Positions 57,121 to 64,000 of a DNA stretch of 64,000 nt are shown here, piece after piece. Source of the stretch: Candidatus Thorarchaeota archaeon. GTDB lineage: Archaea; Asgardarchaeota; Thorarchaeia; Thorarchaeales; Thorarchaeaceae. The stretch spans positions 1,043,713 to 1,107,712 of the forward strand of contig CP070761.1 of assembly GCA_020348985.1 (NCBI GenBank), in the 5' to 3' direction. The translations under genes were made by a program, and so were the position numbers. The notes below the pieces were generated by a model, which worked only from the letters and a program-made list of their open reading frames with translations, had not been told where the DNA came from and ran no database searches. Numbering within the stretch: position 1 is the first letter of the stretch; every line of letters starts with the position of its first letter.

Positions 57121-57189
57121 ACTTCACAAGAGCTTGTAGCCGATTTAATAGACCGTTTGTGCACCAGTTAGCCAATCAGTTGTGCGTGG

Positions 57190-58641
57190 TTGAGAGAGAT
57201 GGCATTCGGCTCTTCAGAGAAACTGTCTCGGAAGAACATGTGGGGTTATGCATTTGGAGCAATCCCTACCGGACTTCTGGGCTTCGTTTTCACCTTCAAG
57301 TACATCGAGTTCTTCTTTGACGATCTGGCCTTGCTGCCAGCATACTTCGTCGTTGGACAGATCATTTACATGACAGTGAACTCCCTTAATGACCCGCTAT
57401 CGGGACAGCTTTCAGACCGCACTGACCGAGAGCGATGGGGAAGCAGGCGATTAATCTACATCAAATACGGTGGCCCAGTGTGGGCGCTCACCTTCATGCT
57501 AGTCTGGATTCCTTGGAGCCTCACTGACCAACTTGTCATCTTCATCCACTATGTGATAACGATTTGCGCATTTGACACAATGTACACACTAGTGATTCTT
57601 CTCTGGTTGGCATTGCTTCCTGAAATGACGATGGACATTGATGAACGAAACAAGGCCCAGTTCTTCGCGACCGTCTTGGGTACAGTTGTGGTCCTGCCGG
57701 CGTTTCTCATTATCGCAAATATCAGTCCCAATTCCGACGAGTTTCGGATGATCATGTTGGTCTTTGCAGTAATATCGACATTCTTCCTCTTTCTGACCGC
57801 CAGCATGTGTGAAGAGCGACCTGAGTTTCAGAGCGATGAAGTATACTCACTGAAAGAATCAATTCTGGCCACGTTCAGGTCCAATTCATTTCTTGTCTAC
57901 GCAGGCTTCTACTTCGCCCAGAATCTGCTCGGTAGCCTAGGGCTCAGCTATTTCTTCATCTACATAATGTTGCTAGAAGTGATATCTCCTGGGTTGAACA
58001 TCATTCTCCTGTTCTTCATAATCTACTTCATTGTAGGATATGGAGGGAACATCATAGCAATGCGGCTACGGCCAAGATGGGGCATGAGGGGAGTCATCTT
58101 GAAGTTTGGAGTAGTCCGGGTAATAGCGTCTCTTGCACTGTTCTTCATAATCTTGGTACCTTCATTGGAATGGGTGATCTGGTACGGACTCATTCTGACA
58201 ACTTTGGCTTCAGGGTATGGCATCTTCCACATACCAATGCAATACTTGGCAATAGACGAGGATGAGGTCTTACATGGTTCTAGAAGAGAAGGAATGTTCA
58301 TCGGAGTTATGGCGTTGTTGACGCGGCCGGGAACAAGCCTAGGACCCATAATAGCCACCTTCGTTCTAGCTACATTGGGATATATCCAGGGCGGTGGTGT
58401 AGAAGCACAACCGGCTTCGGCTTTCCTTGGAATCAAGATTCTGTGGCTTCTCGTCCCAGCACTAGTTGCCGCGTTAAGTCTCGTCTTCATATACTACTAT
58501 CCACTTCATGGTGAGCGTTTAGCAGAGATGCAAGAAAAGCTAAAAGAACTTCACAAGAAGAAGAGGACTGCCTTTCTGTCTGCAAAGGAAATCGCAACCG
58601 AGCTTGCAGAGAATACGGATGGGCCTCAAATGGAGGATTAG
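57190..58641 (+). CDS. GPH (MelB-like) MFS sugar/glycoside:cation symporter
   Basis: NSLNDPLSGQLSDRT..RWGSRR, ALLPEMT...ERN, IDEDE..GSRREG.F.G, YPL. Confidence 0.9.
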   Translation: MREMAFGSSEKLSRKNMWGYAFGAIPTGLLGFVFTFKYIEFFFDDLALLPAYFVVGQIIYMTVNSLNDPLSGQLSDRTDRERWGSRRLIYIKYGGPVWALTFMLVWIPWSLTDQLVIFIHYVITICAFDTMYTLVILLWLALLPEMTMDIDERNKAQFFATVLGTVVVLPAFLIIANISPNSDEFRMIMLVFAVISTFFLFLTASMCEERPEFQSDEVYSLKESILATFRSNSFLVYAGFYFAQNLLGSLGLSYFFIYIMLLEVISPGLNIILLFFIIYFIVGYGGNIIAMRLRPRWGMRGVILKFGVVRVIASLALFFIILVPSLEWVIWYGLILTTLASGYGIFHIPMQYLAIDEDEVLHGSRREGMFIGVMALLTRPGTSLGPIIATFVLATLGYIQGGGVEAQPASAFLGIKILWLLVPALVAALSLVFIYYYPLHGERLAEMQEKLKELHKKKRTAFLSAKEIATELAENTDGPQMED

Positions 58642-59804
58642 TTGGGAACGTCTATGGGATAGTTGCCATACTTTTCACGGATTCTCATGACAGCCTCCCA
58701 TCTGTCGATGGCAATTGTAGGAATGATGCTGTGACCGCTACTGAAAATGTATCCTCCACCTGGTGCAAGTTCTCGGATTAGCTTCTTACTATATGTTTCA
58801 ATCTCTTGGATTGTGCCTGTGGCCAGCATAACTGGACTGATGTTACCAACGAAAGTGATTTTGTCACCATACTTCTCATGGAGCTTGAAGATGTCATATT
58901 CAGGGTTGGCTGTCGTGGGCTCGATGGGGTTCAATGCATCGATTCCACAGTTCACTATATCCTCAAAGATTAGTGATAGATCCCCATCAGAGTGAAGAAG
59001 AATCTTGGAGCCATGTTTGTGTGCCTCATCACAGATACGTTTTAGCCAAGGAAAGATGTAGGTGTGATAGTTTCGAGGACTCATGAATAGTCCATTCTTG
59101 AAGCCATAGTCATCCCAGATTAGAATAAGCTCGGCACCGTTCTCCCCAAGGATCTTCACCAATTCAAGTGCAAGATTCCCTTTGTCATCAAAGACTTTCT
59201 TTGCTTGCTTGGGTTTTGCTAAGATGCGTGAGAATACTTCGATTCCAAAAGGTTCCCAAGCTGGCTCGAACATCCCGCCAATGGCAGGCACGGATAAGAT
59301 TTCGTTGTTCATCTGTTCTTGGACTTGCTTTCCAGCCAGAAAAGCGGCAAGTCGCCTCTTCTCATGAGGGCTTGGTTGCTTCCATTTCTCGTAATCTTCA
59401 AAGCTCTTGAAGTGGCCTCCACGATAACCCAGAATCACTGTGCCATCCTCGTAGGAGTCAACCTTCATGACCCTCCCGAACTCATCTATGTAACCACCTG
59501 GGATGCCCTTCCGGTACGTATGGGTCACATAGCTGAGCGCAATGTCAATCTTCACGCGCCTTAGGAGCTCATATCCATCTACTAGCACTTTGACCAGCCA
59601 CTTCTGACTCGAGAACGCCAAGTTTGCAAGCCGATCCCTGCCCGGTAGACGTTTGATAGAATCATATCCATCCTTAAGTCCAGTACCTGGTTCGACCCCA
59701 TAATGCCTCATGATTGTGTTGTTTGTGAAAGCACTCTCAAAGGCAGGTACCCGGTCAGATTCTTCATGATTAAGTGCTTTCAGAACGCGTGTCGGAGCAT
59801 CCAT
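58638..59804 (-). CDS. UROD/MtaA-fold corrinoid-dependent methyltransferase-like protein
   Basis: RVLKALNHEESDRVP, IDEFGR, WDDYG..NGLFMSP, LHSDG, LNPIEP, GGGYIFSSGHSI. Confidence 0.85.
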   Translation of the reverse strand: MDAPTRVLKALNHEESDRVPAFESAFTNNTIMRHYGVEPGTGLKDGYDSIKRLPGRDRLANLAFSSQKWLVKVLVDGYELLRRVKIDIALSYVTHTYRKGIPGGYIDEFGRVMKVDSYEDGTVILGYRGGHFKSFEDYEKWKQPSPHEKRRLAAFLAGKQVQEQMNNEILSVPAIGGMFEPAWEPFGIEVFSRILAKPKQAKKVFDDKGNLALELVKILGENGAELILIWDDYGFKNGLFMSPRNYHTYIFPWLKRICDEAHKHGSKILLHSDGDLSLIFEDIVNCGIDALNPIEPTTANPEYDIFKLHEKYGDKITFVGNISPVMLATGTIQEIETYSKKLIRELAPGGGYIFSSGHSIIPTIAIDRWEAVMRIREKYGNYPIDVPN

Positions 59805-59809
59805 CGTGG

Positions 59810-60439
59810 CTATCCCTCCAGAAGTGCTCGGATTCTCCTGACTCCTTCGATTGCGTCTGCTCCGAAGTCATCCGCCCCCAGTTCCTTGGCCAGTTCCATG
59901 TTGAGTGGGGCTCCCCCTACGATTATCTTCACTCCGTCACGAAGTCCTGCTTCTTTGAGAGCTTGATCAACAACAGAAATCTCCCTCAACGTCATTGTTA
60001 GCAGGCAGCTCAGTGCAACTACCCTGGCACCGGCCTCTCGCACGGTCTCTACAATCTTTTCGGAGGGACAGTCCATTCCAAGGTCAATGATTTCCAGACC
60101 AGATGACAAGAGCATAGTGATGAGCAGATTCTTACCGATGTCATGATTGTCGCCCCTAACAGTAGCAACAACAATCCTATCCTTCACTTCCGACTCATCC
60201 GATTTCAGGTGGGGTTCAAGGACTGCAAGAGCATCCTTCACTGTCTCGCCCGCTAAGACCAGCTCAGCAAGGAAGTACTCAGATGACTCGTAACGACGTC
60301 CAACTTCGTCGAGACCGCTTGTCAATGCATTGAGAATCGCTCCGGGGGCAGCTCCTGCGTCAAGTTCTGCCTTCACTGCTTCACCTATGTTGTCAATATC
60401 GAGTTCAATCATCTTTCTACTGATGTCTTCGAGAGTCAC
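59810..60439 (-). CDS. Methyltransferase cognate corrinoid protein (MtbC/MttC-like)
   Basis: Cap domain L..GLDEVGRRYE..EYFL.EL, DxHxxG motif GDNHDIGKN, SCL, IVGGAPL; start re-called to GTG 60439. Confidence 0.92.
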   Translation of the reverse strand: MTLEDISRKMIELDIDNIGEAVKAELDAGAAPGAILNALTSGLDEVGRRYESSEYFLAELVLAGETVKDALAVLEPHLKSDESEVKDRIVVATVRGDNHDIGKNLLITMLLSSGLEIIDLGMDCPSEKIVETVREAGARVVALSCLLTMTLREISVVDQALKEAGLRDGVKIIVGGAPLNMELAKELGADDFGADAIEGVRRIRALLEG

Positions 60440-60585
60440 CTTCTCTCCTCCTAGAACCATTTCCGCGGAGTTCACTCTGCTGGCAGGACAATTGGGAAAC
60501 AGTGTAATATTACTTCCTTCACCTAGTCAACTCGAAGAAGATTAATCGCAGATTGTCTCTGGAATTGGGAAGGGAGAATGCACAG

Positions 60586-63324
60586 ATGCCTGAGAAACCG
60601 TTTGGTTCTGGATATTTCGGCGAATGGATAGGAGATGAGTTTGGACTGCCGGCCTACCGCTATACATGTGATCAGGTACGAGACTCGAAAGCGGCTACTC
60701 AGGTCAACGAGGAATGGAGGCCAAGCACCGATCACCTTCACCAAGTTGGAAATGACAGGTTTGTGGCAGTCGCTTCGAACTACGGACATGTGCAGCTAAG
60801 ACAGGACGAAGGTAGTCCGAAGTTTCTGAACGACTACGATCCTGCACGATCTCAGTTTGGAGGCGGCATTGGGTACTTAACAGATGGAGAAGTAGTGGTT
60901 AGCACCTTCTATAACGACCAAGTTGAATCATTCGACCGTGTTTTTGGAATCGGATACTTCAGAAAAACTGTCAAAGCACATGGACTCGTCGTTGATCAGA
61001 TTGTCTTTGCCCCTTTTGGCGACGACCCACTTGTGATATCACAGGTCACGATTAAGAATGAACGGAGCCAAAGCGTGGACCTCAAATGGGTTGAGTATTG
61101 GGGATGTCAGCTCTATCAGTTTTCATTTAGATCCTTCATAATGTCGTTTGCCCAAGACAAGTCAACATCTGAGATCCGAAGAGAGTTTAGCCGTAGGTTT
61201 GATCACAAGTTTGAGCTTTTTGCCAACTGCAGGGGCCTCATAAACTCAAAACGTTTCAAGGGGCGAACTTTGTCTGATAGGGCAACCTGGAAAGGAGTGA
61301 ATGCATACCTTGCTACAAAAGGAAAGCATCTTACTGGAGGTCCTGTAAAACCACCAATCAAAGAAACTGTCTTGGAAGACGAGTCGCCTCCAACTACATT
61401 TCTTGTCTCGCTCGACGCTCCAGCTATAGGTGTGAGTACAAATGCTATCGAATTCTTCGGGGCCGGCGGGGTGGAGTCCCCTGATCGGATAAAGGAGACT
61501 CTGCCGCTCGAGATTACGAGTCACAAATCCGAAACCGGGATGTTTTTGCAGCGTGGAATGAGTCTAGGACCCGGAGAAGAAAAGACCATCTACTTCGCCT
61601 ACGGGTACTTGCCTGAGAGTTATGAGCTGGAATCACTAGTCACCAAGTACGAGCAAAATCTTGTCAACTTGCTGGCAGAATCGTGCAACAGATGGAAGAG
61701 GAGTAGAATTCACCTTCTTATTGATGGTGAGGACTGGGTTGAGCGTGAACTAGCATGGCACAGCTATTACCTTAGAAGCAATCTCACGTTTGATGCATTC
61801 TTCAATGAACACATATTGTCTCAGGGCCATTTGTATCAATATCTCATTGGAATCCAGGCGGCCGCCAGGGATCCACTCCAGCACGCCCTACCGTTTGTCT
61901 TCACGGACCCTGACATAGTGAAGAACATTATTCGCTATACACTGAAGACAGTTAGTCCAGAGGGAGAAATCCCGTACGGAATTGTTGGTAGCGGTTTGTA
62001 TATGCCCTCACCTTGGAAGCCTAGCGATCAGCAGCTATGGCTCTTCTGGTTAGTAAGTGAATATGTGCTTGCCAATCGAGATACTGACTTTCTTGATGAG
62101 ATCCTTCCCACATATCCAATATACGGACGAAAAGCAGGTAAAGCGTCCGTTCGAGAACTACTCACACGTTGTTTTCGGTATTTTGTAGACAAGATAGGAA
62201 CTGGCAAGCATGGACTCATGCGGCTAGCAAGGGGCGACTGGAATGACGTGGTTGTAATCGGACACGTAAAGGATGAGCAGCGAGACGAGGTCGCAGAGGT
62301 AGGAGAGAGCATCTTGAACTCCAGCATGGCTACCTATGTGCTAGATCACTATTCCCGACTCCTTGGATTCGTTGGTGATGACCTGCTGGCCAAGGAGTCC
62401 CTGGAGTTTGCTGATGGCCAACGTGATGCGGTAACCAAGCAGTGGACAGGAAACTGGTTTAGACGTGCTTGGCTTGGCAGCGAAATTGGCTGGGTAGGTA
62501 CTGATATCATGTGGCTGGAACCACAACCCTGGTCAATAATCGGCAATGCGGCGGATGATGAACAAAAAGGGACTCTATTGCAGGTCATTGGTGAAAAGGC
62601 TCAGCGTTTCTCAAAGCATGGCGCCACGATTCTCTCAACTCCTCTAGATCAGGTGCCAGGAGGTCCAGGGGTTGGTACAAACGCAGGAGTCTGGCCCTCA
62701 ATAAATGGCACACTTGTCTGGGCATTGGCCCTAATGGATGGCTCTAAGGCATGGGAAGAGTGGAAGAGAAACACACTAGCATTTCATGCAGATAGCTATC
62801 CTGAAGTTTGGTACGGAATATGGAGTGGGCCTGATACATACAACTCGGAGTTCTCAGATTCTCCAGGTCAGACAATCCAGATTGGTGAGAGAACTGGAGT
62901 AAGAGACGCTGCAGAGGACAGCGGCCTGGAAGACGAAGGATTCCTAGGTGTGGGTTGGACCGATTTCCCTGTATTCAATATGCACCCACATGCGTGGCCC
63001 CTGTATACGACAGCTAAGATGCTCGGAATCGAGTTCAACATCGAAGGCCTTGAAATCTCTCCGTCCCTGCCACACCAAAAATACGAATTCAATTCACCGC
63101 TCTTGGATTTCGAGAAATCTGAAACAGGGTATAAGGGGAAATATGCGCCAATGGTCCGAGGAACTTGGAAAGTTGTCATCAACCTCGGAGAAGAAGAGAC
63201 TGGACGGCTCTCCACAGCAGTTGTCAATGGGATGGAGCAGGAAATCATAAAGGAAGAAGACCGGGTGATCATCACCGGAACGAGTGCACCAGAAGAACCG
63301 CTCACATGGGAGCTAAAATACTGA
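60586..63324 (+). CDS. GH94-like glycoside phosphorylase/hydrolase ((alpha/alpha)6 barrel)
   Basis: AARDPLQ, SDQQLWL, G.GKHGL...GDWND...GES, WTGNWFRRAW, WLEPQPW, NAGVW, typical of the cellobiose phosphorylase fold; no signal peptide. Confidence 0.8.
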   Translation: MPEKPFGSGYFGEWIGDEFGLPAYRYTCDQVRDSKAATQVNEEWRPSTDHLHQVGNDRFVAVASNYGHVQLRQDEGSPKFLNDYDPARSQFGGGIGYLTDGEVVVSTFYNDQVESFDRVFGIGYFRKTVKAHGLVVDQIVFAPFGDDPLVISQVTIKNERSQSVDLKWVEYWGCQLYQFSFRSFIMSFAQDKSTSEIRREFSRRFDHKFELFANCRGLINSKRFKGRTLSDRATWKGVNAYLATKGKHLTGGPVKPPIKETVLEDESPPTTFLVSLDAPAIGVSTNAIEFFGAGGVESPDRIKETLPLEITSHKSETGMFLQRGMSLGPGEEKTIYFAYGYLPESYELESLVTKYEQNLVNLLAESCNRWKRSRIHLLIDGEDWVERELAWHSYYLRSNLTFDAFFNEHILSQGHLYQYLIGIQAAARDPLQHALPFVFTDPDIVKNIIRYTLKTVSPEGEIPYGIVGSGLYMPSPWKPSDQQLWLFWLVSEYVLANRDTDFLDEILPTYPIYGRKAGKASVRELLTRCFRYFVDKIGTGKHGLMRLARGDWNDVVVIGHVKDEQRDEVAEVGESILNSSMATYVLDHYSRLLGFVGDDLLAKESLEFADGQRDAVTKQWTGNWFRRAWLGSEIGWVGTDIMWLEPQPWSIIGNAADDEQKGTLLQVIGEKAQRFSKHGATILSTPLDQVPGGPGVGTNAGVWPSINGTLVWALALMDGSKAWEEWKRNTLAFHADSYPEVWYGIWSGPDTYNSEFSDSPGQTIQIGERTGVRDAAEDSGLEDEGFLGVGWTDFPVFNMHPHAWPLYTTAKMLGIEFNIEGLEISPSLPHQKYEFNSPLLDFEKSETGYKGKYAPMVRGTWKVVINLGEEETGRLSTAVVNGMEQEIIKEEDRVIITGTSAPEEPLTWELKY

Positions 63325-63332
63325 ATCGCGGG

Positions 63333-64000
63333 ATGAAAATGGACTCTCGGGAGTTGACTCTCACAGCCATCGAAGGAATCCCCGATAGAGTTCCATTCAA
63401 TCCGTTCATAATGCATCTTGCCGCTGCTGTCGATGGAATTGACTACTCAAATGTATACTGCAAGAATGCCGCTGTTCTTGCCGAAGCTCAGATGAGATTC
63501 GCAGACAGCTTTGGGATTGACCACGTTCATGTGTCAACTGATGCCTATAGGGAGGCAAGTGCTTGGGGAGTTGAAGTGGATTTCTCCGGCCATACACCAG
63601 TGCCCAAGAAACATCTCACCATGGATGACTTTGACTCAGTAGAAGAGCCGGATCTGAATTCTGCTATTCGCATTCAGAATCGAATCGAAGCCGTTCGGTT
63701 GCTAAGTGGGAAAGTAGGATCCAAGCAATGTGTCGTCGGCTGGATCGAGGCCCCATTCGCCGAGATTTGCTGCCTTTTTGGCTTGATGGAGGTCCTGAAG
63801 ATGGCACGATACGAGGATTGGAATGAACGAGTGTCCAGTCTGATTTCTCGCATTATGTCAATTCAGAATGAGTTCGCTGAAATGCAGATTGAGGCAGGTG
63901 CCGATGTCATTGGCGCTGGTGATTCCGCGGTCTCTCAGATTGGACCAAAGCGATTCGAAGAAGCGTGTCTCGAATCGACACAAGGATTGTTCTCTGAGAT
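63333..64000 (+). CDS. MtaA/CmuA (UROD-fold) methylcobalamin methyltransferase (3' end outside window)
   Basis: Not in the ORF track. Manual translation gives MKMDSRELTLTAIEGIPDRVPFNP...DAYREASAWG...GWIEAPFAE...QIEAGADVIGAGDSAVSQIGP. Confidence 0.85.
   Translation, partial: MKMDSRELTLTAIEGIPDRVPFNPFIMHLAAAVDGIDYSNVYCKNAAVLAEAQMRFADSFGIDHVHVSTDAYREASAWGVEVDFSGHTPVPKKHLTMDDFDSVEEPDLNSAIRIQNRIEAVRLLSGKVGSKQCVVGWIEAPFAEICCLFGLMEVLKMARYEDWNERVSSLISRIMSIQNEFAEMQIEAGADVIGAGDSAVSQIGPKRFEEACLESTQGLFSE

Noticed and set aside
1104-63597. Numerous 60-200 aa ORFs antisense to or overlapping real genes (e.g. 31091..31669, 34947..35525, 45349..45945, 52904..53497)
   Set aside because: They are shadow ORFs with no motifs and Ser/Pro-biased antisense composition.
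58638-64000. Heme biosynthesis (hemE) or pyrrolysine-dependent methylamine methyltransferases
   Set aside because: The context is a corrinoid protein with no hem genes, and there is no MttB/MtbB/MtmB or in-frame TAG.
1-64000. tRNA, rRNA, CRISPR arrays, IS elements or proviral genes
   Set aside because: No cloverleaf, repeat-spacer array, transposase or integrase was recognised by eye. Intergenic regions are short. A tRNAscan-SE/Infernal run would be needed to exclude small RNAs.

Overview
Gene-dense archaeal chromosomal window. Gene content and protein style suggest an Asgard archaeon, most likely Thorarchaeia; this is an inference, not a database match. From left to right it contains: (1) the conserved proteasome-exosome-ribosome biogenesis superoperon (psmA, SBDS, rrp4/41/42, rpl37ae, Brix, pcc1, pfdB, DUF3194, DHH) running into an ECF transporter module; (2) a Zn/Mn ABC transporter and an AEC permease; (3) a heterodisulfide-reductase hub with two internally duplicated HdrA proteins (one fused to MvhD), three HdrBC pairs and a radical SAM gene; (4) a wHTH-tldD-pmbA operon with a palindromic operator; (5) a tight three-gene operon of a SAM methyltransferase, an HgcA-like membrane corrinoid protein with a non-canonical cap helix (NVWCGSRGG) and a 2[4Fe-4S] ferredoxin lacking the HgcB Cys tail; (6) korDABC, a 2-hydroxyacyl-CoA dehydratase with its activator, two acyl-CoA ligases, an MFS transporter and a surface serine hydrolase; (7) ahcY; (8) a locus with a GPH sugar transporter, two MtaA/UROD-fold proteins, a corrinoid protein and a GH94-like glycoside phosphorylase. 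The best candidates for undescribed systems are the HgcAB-paralog methylation operon and a possible corrinoid-dependent O-methyl-glycan demethylation locus. There is also sequence evidence for AUA (korB) and AUC (psmA) translation starts. I recognised no tRNA, rRNA, CRISPR array or mobile element. Family names come from motif recognition without searches. Several starts were re-called from Shine-Dalgarno (SD) and overlap evidence.
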